From: Lama guanicoe
Taxonomy: Eukaryota
Reading direction: 5' to 3'
Assembly: GCA_013239625.1 (NCBI GenBank)
Contig: MU054391.1
Location: forward strand, 4,919,824 to 4,983,823
Length of the DNA: 64,000 bases
The notes beneath the pieces are model-generated. The model made no database searches and was not told the DNA's origin. It saw only the letters and a list, made by a program, of their open reading frames with translations. The position numbers and the translations under genes are program-made. Positions 1 through 11,644 of the stretch are shown here, in pieces (positions within the stretch are counted from its first letter, which is position 1; each line of letters starts with the position of its first letter).

Positions 1-3000
1 GAAGGCCCTGAGGGGTGTGCAGAGCTGACTCCCCGTTACGGAGGGACTGGTTCCCCACCAGCCCCCACCTCTCCTGGACCTCTCTCCATCTGGGGGGGTG
101 GGGTGTTGAGAACTATCGCAGCAGTGACCCCAGCCAAGGATTTCTAGTCAGGCCACTGACAGCAAACATATCTCTAACTCTAGTGAATTAAAACTAATTC
201 TGTTCTGAAAACATCCCTGGAGGCTTCGAGAATGTGCAGACTCCTGGGTGGCTGAGATCCTGCGCTCAGGCTGCAGGCTGCCTTCCGCATTCCCTGTGCC
301 TCACAGACTTCCTGTCTCACCCTCCAGGGTCCCTCTGGGCCCGGAAGTTAGCCTCACTCTGTCTCCCTGCGCCCCAGGGTTCCTCTGGCCAGAATCTCTG
401 TTTCTAAAGCAAGAAAGAGACAAGGCTGTTCAAATCTCTTCTTTCCTCCCTGCATTTCCCTCCCTCGCTTTCCTAAACCTTTCTCCTCCATCTCTGCGGC
501 CAACCCCTTTTCTGTTCAAGGTGCAGGCAATTGGAGACTTTTAGAAGGATTGATAAGAATGAAACACCGGGAGGAAAGAGGAGCTAACATCTTAATTAGA
601 TGTTAAGGTTTGGCCAATGGGAAATCGTCCTGACGTGCTAGACGTACTTTCCCAGAATTGCTGCTGCATAATTATTTACCATTTTTCTTTCATTATCATT
701 CATTCACATCGTCCACATGATAATTCCTCCTGCCAGTTTCTAGTCCACGTTAATAGTAATGCGTCATTTTCCCCAAGTGGGCATGGCTGGGTTTGTTTTG
801 TTTTGTTGATGAGGGAGTCGGTTCCTTTTTTTAAGGAAAAAACTGTTGTTTATCTCCTTCTGTAGATGGGGAATGAAAGGACAAAATTAAAAGAGGTTTC
901 TTACCATGCGTGAGTCTGGAGCAGATTTAGAGGAAGAGTTTCCCGGGGGTGGCACCTGACCAGAAGAGGCAAAAATGAAGTGAGTTGCCCCAGAAGGAGA
1001 ATGTTTGGAATGTCTCAGGGCTCCCTAAGCGGGGTGTGGGTCCCTGTCGGCCCGGATCCCTGCCGGCCCGGATCCCTGCCTGCCAGTAATGGCACATTTT
1101 CTAGAGGCCAGGGCATTTTCTGGGAAGGGACCACCTGCTTAGCTGATTTTTTGCCCGGAATTCCTGTTTCAAGGATCAAAGACCTGACAAGATACTGTTT
1201 CAAGCTCCATCGGAAAAGTCATCCCAGCTCTTGGTTTCTCTACTGATTTCTCTTTTCCAAAGCGGCAACCTCTCTGGTCCCCCAGACCAGGAAGGCTCCC
1301 CGGCAATACTGACTCCCCAGGACTCGAGAGACCGCGGGGCCACTGCCCAAACCGCCTCCCTCCCCCTCCCCCCAAGGGTCCCCTACAATACGTCCCTGGA
1401 AATGGACATCTCTGCACCCTCTAGGGCTCCAAAGGCTGCCTGTTAAACTCTCCAGAGCCCAGAGGCGGGTAACCTAACACTCCTTTCTGATAAGCACTCG
1501 GACTGTCTTTTGCCCAAATACAATGGTCCTCATTAGCTTTCACTGGGGCTTTGAACTCCACACAAAACCCTCCCCTCCCCTAACTGCCCGCTGGAGCTGG
1601 AGCCGGCCCTGGGGGCCCACCGCTCAGCATTTCCTCTGTGGTCTGTTTTTAAGGTGTTTATAATGGACCCTTTTCCTGCTCCAGACTCACCCCCGGAGCT
1701 GAAATCTCCTCGGTCTGGGAGGCTCTTCTGCTGCTTTCCAGTCACCGACAGCTTTTCGTGCCTGAGAGTAAGCTAAGCTGCTTCGGAGCGGGGCCAGTTC
1801 TTAGCCCCTGTGGGGAGTGGGGTGCAGGTCATTCCGATGCCCTTCGGAAGGGCCGGTGGGAACAAGGCTGAAAAAGCGAACTTGCTGGAGCCCGTTTCTC
1901 CCTCTGGCCCCAACCCGCCTCCCCAGCTGTGCTTCAAAAAATCTCTGGGAAGTGAAACAGCTCAAAGGCAGACTGCTTACTTGTCCTCCTAAGCGGTGTT
2001 TTAGCCGTCCCGCAGGCCCCTGCTGGCCCACAGAATTTGAGTCCATCCTTGGGGTTGCTGGCCTCTCACTCCAATGATGACCCATGCATGCTGAGGCCCG
2101 GAATGGGTTTGAGGGGCAGCTCCAGGGGAAGGGGAGCCGAATAGGGGAACCCCCCTGCCCTCCAGGCAAGGTGCGAGGGACCAGGTGCGGAGGGGTAGTG
2201 CTCATCCCAGTGAGCGCTCACCCCTCCATCTCTCTGCCCTTTCTCCCTGGGTGCCAGTCCAGAACTCCGACCTCAAAGCGCACGCTACAGCACTGTATCC
2301 TCAGAGGAGGAAGTCAGACAAGCCTGCCCATCCCCAGGCCCCCACTCTCCCTCCAGGCTAAACCTTGCTCCCAGTGCCCAGGCCCAGGGTCTGGCTTGAC
2401 CCCTGCAGTCAAGACCGGGGAGAAGGGCAGTTAGCCACGGGGGTGGCCCTGCACAGCGGCTGCGGGACAGACAGCAGTCACGTCACTCGGCCTCCATGGG
2501 CAGTTCCTCCCCTATCAGCTGAAGATTTCAGGGCCCTAGACCGTCTCGTGAGGTCTCCTGCATAGACACGTGCATTTTTAAATAGCAAGTTTTTTGTGAA
2601 CCCATGTGAATAGCTACCTGATCGCCTTTGATTCAGCATCACAGGTGTGATGCAAACACCTACAGTTTTGAAGAAGCCACCTGGAAGCCAGTGGCCCCCA
2701 GTCCTCACTCCTCAGCTGCCCCTGGTTTCCGGGATCTTTCCTTTCCCCACGGCACACATCCCCAAAGCCCCTAGCTGTCCCTGAAGGCTCTTATGTCAAG
2801 GATGCCAGAGCTCCCTCAGCAGAGGAGGCAGCGGAATGGTCATTTATAAATCCACGTGCCAGTGAAGCCGGGATCTCCTGCGTTCTGGGGATCCCCAAGT
2901 CTCTGAGCCCCATGTCTGCACACAGCTGTGGAGACACACCTCCCCAGGCCCACCTGTGACACCACCTCCTTATGTGAGTAATACCCACCAGCAGGTTAGG

Positions 3001-3868
3001 AATTCTAAGTGCAACAGAGATTGTCCACTATCTGTGAATGCCCTTGAACTCTCCATTTATTACGTTACCTCAACTCTCTCATGGAGCTTTGGCGAGTAAA
3101 CCAAGTGTCAAGTGACAGCAGTACTTCTATGGTACCTCCAAGAGGCCACGGGAACGCCCAGTGTTTTCTCTAGAGCTGTGTGGCCCAGAGCTTAAGTAAA
3201 CCCAAGATAGGGAGGAAGATGATGACATAATTAATGATGGTACGCTTAAATTCTTCATAACAGATTTTTTTCTAGGTTTGCCTTTAATAGAAAAATGCAC
3301 GCCACGTGTGGGCAATACATATTTCAGAGGTGAGTGCTCATCGTCCTATACCAGGCAACTTTTCAATAACTCGTATTCCAAAAAGCAAGGTGTCCCTACA
3401 AGGATAACAGAGCATCATTTAAAGAGTAAGAAGGCCTCACTTAAAAATCTTGCCAGAGATTAGACGGAGCACCCAGTGACAGCCCCGTTTCTACTCCATG
3501 AGGACAGCTTCTGCCCGCTGGGCCATGTAGACCTGAGAATAAAGCTCTCAACGCCGCTGCGTTGAGCCTCCAGGCTGCAGATTCTCTGGGCTTCTCGCTC
3601 CCTTCTCCAGCGCTCCTGCCTCCAGCTGACTTGCTGGGAGACAAGGGGAAAGGCAAAACCACGGGTCTCTCGGGGAAGGAAACGGAAAGGGTGCGCCCGT
3701 CTGCCGTTTGGAATTGGCTTGTCGGCCCTTGACCGAGCTCTCAGTAACATCTCTGCACAGGCATGTGTTCACCCCGAGGCTCTGTGCCCCATGCCAGGCC
3801 GGACGCTGGGCAGGGAGAATGCTCCAAGTGCAGTTTCCATCCCCCTAAGGCAGGCGATTGATCTAGTT

Positions 3869-4030
3869 CAGTGGTTCCCAACCAGGGGCGATTTCAGTGA
3901 TGCCTCGAGAGATTGCTGGTGGTCACGGTGGGAGAAGGGTGCGATGAGGATCAAGCGGGTGGCGGCCAGGGAGGTCGCTGAATACCCTGCAAGGCAGCGG
4001 CCAGCCCCCTGCAACGAAGAATGACCTGTT
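3869..4030 (+). mobile_element. MER20-like hAT DNA transposon
   Basis: CAGTGGTTCCCAACCAGGGGCGATTT...GGCCAGGGAGGTCGCTGAATACCCTGCAA. Confidence 0.7.
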
Positions 4031-4123
4031 CTCATTGAGGAGATGAGGCCAGAGGAGCACACCTACCCGCAAAGGGAACATCGCACACAGGGAGGTGGGG
4101 GGGCGGGGGGGGGAAGGGAGGTC

Positions 4124-4240
4124 AGTCACCAGGGCCGCTGCAGCCTCAGTTTCCACTCCTATAAAATGAGGCTTAAAGTGTAAGTCACCAGGGCAGCTGC
4201 AGCCTCAGTTTCCACTCCTATAAAATGAGGCTTAAAGTGT
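4124..4240. repeat. 59-bp tandem duplication containing a MIR-like core
   Basis: Units start at 4124 and 4183 and differ by one internal substitution (GGCCGC/GGCAGC). Confidence 0.95.
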
Positions 4241-7200
4241 GTGCCTATTAACTGCCATCGGGGGAGCTGTTTCCAGCCCTTCCCCTCTTAGACATAAAAT
4301 TTTGCTCTGCGCTCACAGCCTTAAATTAGGACTATTTGGTGGTATGATCATGTATGTTTAAAACCAAACAGAAATTTCCTGTTCCCCAGCACAAAATAAA
4401 ATTTCAAGTTTATAAAAGGGCCTGTAAAATCTCATAATCAAGCCCATTAGCCCAGCAAAATGCTCCACTTTGATTTGGTGGTGTTTCGTTTCTTTTCTTA
4501 GCACCACTTCATTAGCGTGCTTGTAACGGATGCTCTTCCAGCCTGCTTCTTGAAATTGCTGAAAAAGAAAACACACGACTTTAAAGCACAAATTCCAAGA
4601 GCAATATCCCTCCCCCTTCAAATGTGGAGGCTCCGGGAGAACAGAGAATCTGGGGGAAGGGGGACGCCTGGAAATGCAGCGTGGCCCCAAATACCACTTC
4701 TTACTGGGGCGCTGGAATCTTCTGCGTATTTGCTCCCTGGACTCATTGCCAGTGGCCTCGCTAATTTCCAGCTCTTTGCTGCTTCAGAGGACCAGATTTT
4801 CTTGATTAATAACAAAAGGTTTTGTTGGGATCAGAGCTGTTTCCCACCGTCTCTATGCAAACCCCAGCAACACAGGCTGTGTACATTAGCATTTCAAGGC
4901 ACTTCCTATCACAGAGGGCAAGAAAAGCCCCTCTTGGTGGGTAAAATCCATTTTGTCCTCTCTTGTGACATCTGTTCTAGCTTTTAAAGCCAGAAAGGAA
5001 ACTAGATAATGCCAGTCCTTTGATTTACAGCACCAGTCCTTAGGATGCTGTGAGCTCGCTGACGGCTCAAGAATCTGCAAATTCCCTTCACACGGGAGAA
5101 CCCAGAGGTGATTCTGAACTTGTCGTTCCAAAGCTTCTTTGTCTTTTTCATGATTTCTTAATTATACGCCCAAGGACTTCTAAACCTCACAAAATGAAGT
5201 AAAGTATCTTAAACTTCAATTTGGGGGGTGGGTAATATAAATGTTTATTGCTGCAGAAGCTCCTCTGTTTCAGCTTTAAGTCCCCCCAAGCTTTAGTGGG
5301 GAGAGGAAATCGAAGCTGATTCAGTGAGGCAACTGAAATACACCCACAGATATGGGGGCGGGGGGAGGCCCGCAAGTGACAGGACAAAAAGGGAAAAGAG
5401 AGAAATCAGTCAGATCGCTGCCTCCTGCTACCATCTGGGCTGCAAGCCCCGGGTCCCTTACCCTGGTCATCCCCGAACAAAGCTGAAGGCAGATTCCAGC
5501 CGGTTCTCCATTCACTATTCATTCAGGGGTCCATCCGCCCCACATGCATTCAGCCAACTGCTGTGCTAAATCAGGGCCTCCTCCCGGGATTGACATGGTA
5601 ATGAAGTGTCTGTGCAGCTCCTGAAAAGGCCGCCCTAGGTATGTGCCCCTCCAACAAATCCACCCTTTCACCCCACAGAGGCCCCCAAATTATCTCATAA
5701 CATTACAACATCTGTGCAGAGGGCTCTTGTCTTTGGAGCTGGGCGTGTTTATCACTCAGCCGGGCTCCCTCTTGCCGGGTGGGGCCGCTGGCCAGCCACT
5801 TGGGGCAGGAGCCGCACATCCCCCCACCTCCCCACCCCACCCCGGTCCACAGCCTCAGTGCTCCAGAGCGCCTGCGCCCGCCCCGAAGTGCCGCGGCCAG
5901 GATGCTAAGCACCTGGAATTTCTGTTTGATCATTTTCAGATGTTAAAAGTGGACCGAAGAGTTAAACTATGTCACGGGAACTTGCTGTCTGAGAACCTTA
6001 TAATTAGTCCAGCAAGGAGGCCAGACAAAAACTGGGGGGTTGCGGGTAGGGGGTGGGGGCCCTGGAGGGGAGGGAAAAGCTAGCTAATGAATTTTGACTC
6101 TACCAAATGACATTCGCTCAACTAATAAGTGTGTCTGAGCTTTATTTAAACTGGCCCCAGGTCAGTAAAACCTAAGGGGAAGCAGGGGGGTTGGGGGAAT
6201 TTATAGAAAGACTGTACCATCTGCAACTTATATGTGCTCTGCCCTGATACAATGGTTTCATTTAATTTGACTTGACATTTAAGAGCCCTTTTTGGAAGGA
6301 AAAAATGAATATTTCTACATTCTATTTGCAATAACCTCACCTGACTCTGCACATAGCCAAGAAGAATAAATGTCACATCCATTGCACACAGCTGTGGGCC
6401 ATCCTGGAGAGGGGACCTGGGATGGGGGGGGGCAGGCAAGCAAGGCTCCCAGTCACTGCTCCCAGGCTGTACCTGAGGGCCTGTTTGGGCTCTGAGTGCT
6501 TGAGCTTGTTTGGTTTTGTTTCCTTGTGTCCAAATTCAAGGGCTGATTTGGATATAATGTTCTTGACTGCATAGGAGATGGATTTGGGGATGCCAGCCAG
6601 AACACACAGAGCAGCCCGTTCAGCCAGGCAGCCAGGCAGGGCAGCAAGGAGACATGGCCAGCGTGGCCCCAGCCACCTTCCCGTGCCCCATCCCCTCTTC
6701 CATAGCCTTCAAAAGCTTTTAGGTCAAGACTGACCTGTCCTGCCATCACGGGACTTGGAAATGCGTCCCTGGCAGATACTTCAGTCATCCTGGGAAAAGA
6801 AGCCCTCTGCCTGTTTACCTCGGGGGGCTGTAGGCTCAGGGGGCAAGAAGACGCAGGAGGCGGAGGCCTTTGGTGGTGCTGGCCTCCACCCCGAACCTGG
6901 GGAATGAGCCCACAGGACGGACTTCAGAAATGTCTCCTAACTGGGTCTGTCTTCAAGTCCCCCGGCCACCCCCTGGGCTCAGACCCCCAGCTTGGCTCAT
7001 CCAGAAAAGTCAGCAAGCAGCCTTCTCTCTGGATTCCCTGAACCCACCAGCCCCTCAGTTCAGTTCAAGCCTCCACCCAGCAGCCTGGTCCCAGGCTTCC
7101 AAACCAGTGTGCCCCAGATGCCAGTCACACATTGACTGCCAACAGGGTCCCATCCAAGGTCTGAGGTCACTGCTCAGGGTGCAGCCAGAGCTGAGAACAG

Positions 7201-7395
7201 GGTTCTGAAGCATGTGTCTCCCAGTGGCTCTTCAGAGACAGCCTCTGCCTTACATGCCTCCTAAGCAGGCCCCACTGCATGTCCGAGCTCCTGGCCCCCT
7301 TCCTACCAAGGTCCTTAGAACCCAGACCCTGACCTTTCTAAGACCCCACTCTGATCCCTACTCGGCTGGACTCTTCTCCACAGGGCTGTGGGCCT

Positions 7396-7840
7396 ATTAT
7401 GGGTTGAATGGCTCCCTCCTGTAAAATAGTTTTGCTGGAATCCTAACCCCCAGGGCCTCAGAGTGGGACCTTGTTTGGGGGTAGGGACTCAAGGTAAAGT
7501 GCGGCCATTAGAGTGGGCCCTAATCCAGTCTGACTAGTGTCCTTGTAAAAAGCAGAAACTGGGAGACACACGCCCAAGGGGAGCACGTGTGAACTCCAAG
7601 GGGTCATCTCCAGGCCAGGAAGACACCTGGAATGGATTCTCCCTCTAGAAGGCACTAACTTGGCCGGCACCTTGATCTTGGACTTCCAGCCTCCAGAACT
7701 CGGGAGAACCAAGAGCCCCAGGGAGGGCGTCCGGGAGCCCCAACCCCCAGGCCCAGGCCCACAGCACCCTCCTCAGTACAGAGGCTGTCGTTTCGGGCCA
7801 TCATGTGGGGTCCTTTGTTGTACAGTCCTAGAGAACTAAC
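7396..7840 (+). mobile_element. MaLR LTR (MLT1-type)
   Basis: TATGGGTTGAATG...GGGCCCTAATCCAGT...GGCACCTTGATCTTGGACTTCCAGCCTCCAGAACT, typical of MLT1. Confidence 0.8.
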
Positions 7841-9360
7841 CCGCCTTTATTAAGGCCTGCGTCATTGCTTGGATTCTAATTTACCAGTGTTTTTGTTTTT
7901 TGTTTTCTCTGTTTTATGATCTTCCTAAATCATTGCTCCCTGCTCCTCCAGAAGTCTAGCTTATAGCAGCCAAACAGTCTGCACACTATAGTCTCATTAC
8001 AAAACCTATTTATCTTCTTTAAATATCCCGGAGCAGTAAAACTAAAGATATGATCAACTTATTTTGCCTGGAGTTACCAATAGCCTTTCCATAGCATTTA
8101 ACTTCCTCATTTCTCTGACCTGAGTTTAAAGGAAAAAAAAATATATGTACAGATCACTCTGAAGATATACATTTTGGAAGGATGTCACCTAATCACTTTT
8201 CATCTTTCTGTCAACATCTTCCCTCATCTGGGCCATTCGGTGCCCCAAGATGCCTCCTCATTCCCAGAGTCACCTGATTGGAGGGCCCCCTGCCTTTCCT
8301 GACACCCTCCCCACCCCCTATTCAATTACACCTGTGGTTTGGAAACACAATTCTTAGTCAATCAAATCCTATAACTGGTCAGCAAATATTTACTGAATGA
8401 GCTTCAGGCAGTGGGCGTCCCTCCCACGCCCCCCCACACCCCCAATACCTCCTCTAACCCTGTTCTCCTCCCTCCCTATCCAGCCACAACCCTCCTGAGC
8501 TTCCAAATTTCTGCACTCCCAGACGTGACCACCTCCCCCCTCCCTGGCCCCACCCAACAAGCCACCAATCAGAGATGGCTGATCACTAGACTAGCAGAAG
8601 GGTCCCATGGTTGCAGGAACAGAGCAAAGGACTCACACGTGGCTAGTTCTCTTTTTTTCAAACTAAAGGCTTATTAATGCTCAGAAAAATCATCTTAGCA
8701 TCCTGTGATTCCACTTTATTCAGTGGATGTTCATCACCTCTATACTAAGAAGACCCAGCAAGGCACCAATATATAAAGCGTGGTACCTGCCCCTGACGTC
8801 TGGTGAGGAGTGCAGATGCGGATACAGGGGAAGTTCACTTGCACGGCGATTCGGGCTAGCGCACATGTGGGCACAGGTGGGCACAGGTGCGGTGGGCACT
8901 CTGGGGAGGGGGATTCTTCAAGGGTGGGAGGAACTAAAAAGGCTTAATAATGAGGGGCACACTTGAGCAGGCCCTTGAAGGATGAGGAGATTTTGCCAGA
9001 CAGGGAAGGGAGAAGGGAGGGTCCAGGCTGAGGGGCGGGGGGCCTTTCTTTCCCTCCATCAGTGAACCTGGGCTAAGGTGACTGACAGCTGATGGGGTGG
9101 GTCAGCCCAAGGCTGGGACTGGGGTGAAGGGATTCAGAGCAGTGGGGCTTTGAGTGAAAAATTGAAGGGGATGTCAAAAAAAGCAAAAAACAAAGAAGAA
9201 CTCAGTGATCAAGATAAATCCTATTTTAATGCAACATTTAAGAAGTCAAAATTGATGCAAGAATCCATTGCTAACAATATACCAAACTTAAAAACAAAGC
9301 CAGCATGACTGATTTTTCCTTTTGGGTCTGGCTCATTTTCACTGTTAAAATGCAACTTTT

Positions 9361-9482
9361 AAAACGAATATATGTATGTGTGTGCATGACGGGGACATTG
9401 TGCTGTACACCAGAAACTGACACATCGTAACTGACAGTACGGCAATAATAAATACATACATACATACATACATACATAATTT
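9361..9482 (+). mobile_element. 5'-truncated L1 3' end with TSD
   Basis: TTAAAATGCAACTTTT duplicated at 9345-9360 and 9483-9498; L1 3'-UTR end followed by a (TACA)n tail. Confidence 0.8.
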
Positions 9483-11618
9483 TTAAAATGCAACTTTTTA
9501 AGTGTTCCCAGCTATCGGCATGTGTGCACTTGTTTTTACCAATAATCCCCTTTAATTTCTTCCTGGGGAAGATGAGAGAAAGAAAAAAACATATGAAGAT
9601 GTACCAAAAGCTCATTCCTCCCTGTTCTGGTCTTCAGCAAAATTCCCTCCTCCTTTTGGAAACTCAAAACATTTTCAACCAAGTGCTTCAGTTCAGGAGC
9701 TGGGGAGCTTTCCCTCACACTGAATACGGTTCGACACCCGTTTCCTCTGCTACCCGACTACCAAGCCAAAGGCACAGGCCAGAGGCTGCGAGCTGGCCGG
9801 CGACCCTGCGGATGTGTGTGCATCCTGCCGGAAGCAGCGGAGCTGGGCAGGAAGTGGCAATTAAGAGGAGGGCAGGCTTCAGCAGAAGCTGAGCAGTGCT
9901 GGCCCCAACAACCCGGGGCTTATCAAAGGAGGTGGCTGGGGCTGACTCTGGTAATTAACGGGATTGCAGGTTTCAAAGGAAAAGGGAGGAGGCCTCGCCA
10001 GCATTGCTGGCGCCCAGCACTTTCCCTAAAGGCACAGACAGAAACAGGATGAGCAGCCTGGGGTGGGGGGGGGCGGTCCACAAGGCCCCTCCCTCAGGGA
10101 GGGAGTGTGTCCTGCTGTGGGGCAGTCACTCCTTCTCCATGTCCTCTGACAGTCACCTGTTTGCTCCAGACCCTTTCTCTTCTATCATTACTGACTCTTT
10201 CTTAACTTTTCAAGATAATCTTCCTTGGGAATGAAGTTTCTTACTCTTGGACCTTCCCTCGGTGACCTTATTTTTGGAGTTTAAGGAAGATTTTCCAATT
10301 TCTCTTTTAGGTTCTGATTTCAGCTAATTTTAAACCAAACTTACCAGGAGTAACTAAATATTTGAAACATCTATTTGAGCAAAAGTGAATCGATTTAGTC
10401 CCACGGGCCAGACAGCACGACACAAGGGGACTAGGGGTTGCCGAATGCAGCACCCACCAGGATCTGCCCGAAGTGAGGAGGGGGACGGCCCATCTGCTGC
10501 GGACCATGTGTTCTCTGGTGACCCTGCACAGTCAGCATGACTGGTCACACGTGTGAGCCACTTCGCTTTCAGAACGACCAGCTTCCCTATGCGAGCCCGG
10601 AACCTGGGCTCTCCATTCAGAGCCTACAGGCACCTGCTGAAACGGAACATCCAGGGAAAGGCTCAGAGGAAAGGGTTCTCCCTCCCATGACCCTGACAGA
10701 GACCTGATTGTAGCCTGCAGGGCTGGATGGAAAGACTTAGACAAAAAATAAAATCTCAGAACCAGGCAGACAAAAGCTCACCCTCGTTTGGAAAGCCTGC
10801 TCACCCCGGAGTCAGGAAAGCTGCCCTGGAATCCTTCGACATGCCTGCTGGGTTTCCGAGGTCCACCCTGAGCCGCAGTGTCCTCGGGGGGACAAGGGCT
10901 GGGGCTGATGATGTGCGTGACACTCCCTCCCTCGCATCTCCTGCCCACTCCAGCCCTGTTCCCTGATCTGATCCCCCTCTTACACTCCCTCCCTCCGGAA
11001 GCTCTCCACGCAGCCTCCAGGGATCTCTCCAATGAGACAATCAGACCTTGTTCCCCATCTGCTTCAAAATCACCGTGACCAACCAGGTCAAGCATTTATC
11101 TGCAAGGGCACACTGCCCACAACGTTAGCTCTGCACTCCTAGTCCTCCGGGATGTGGCCTGGCCTGAGGTCCTGCCTTAGCTCCCGGCAGACACACAGCA
11201 GGGCTCTCCGCTGCCCCTCCACTGGTGCCCGCTTCCCGCTTCCCTCTGCTTGAATTCCCTACCCTGTGCTCAGACTCCCAAAGGGAAAGCAGGGCCCACC
11301 TCTGGGAGAAGAGACGCAGAAGGCAGACCCTCCAAGGCATTTCCTTACCTGTCACCTCATCAGCATTATCATTATAATCGCCCACCATGCCTACCATCTT
11401 CTGAGCACCCCCTCCCCAGGAAGTCTTGTCTCCCATGCCCCACGCTCCCCAGGTTGGTTTAAGCCCCCTGCTCGGGGCTTCCCGGCACCCCAGGCTCGCC
11501 TCTCTCCTGGAACGCACCACACAGCCTCGCAACATGCACCTTTGTCCCTCTGCCTCACCTCTCATCCTTGCTTCTGAGGCTTCCATTCTGGTAGTTGCCG
11601 CAGCACTGATGCTCAAGC

Positions 11619-11644
11619 TGAATGAATGAATGAATGAATGAATG
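11619..11644. repeat. (TGAA)n microsatellite at probable L2 tail
   Basis: Six TGAA units visible. Confidence 0.85.
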
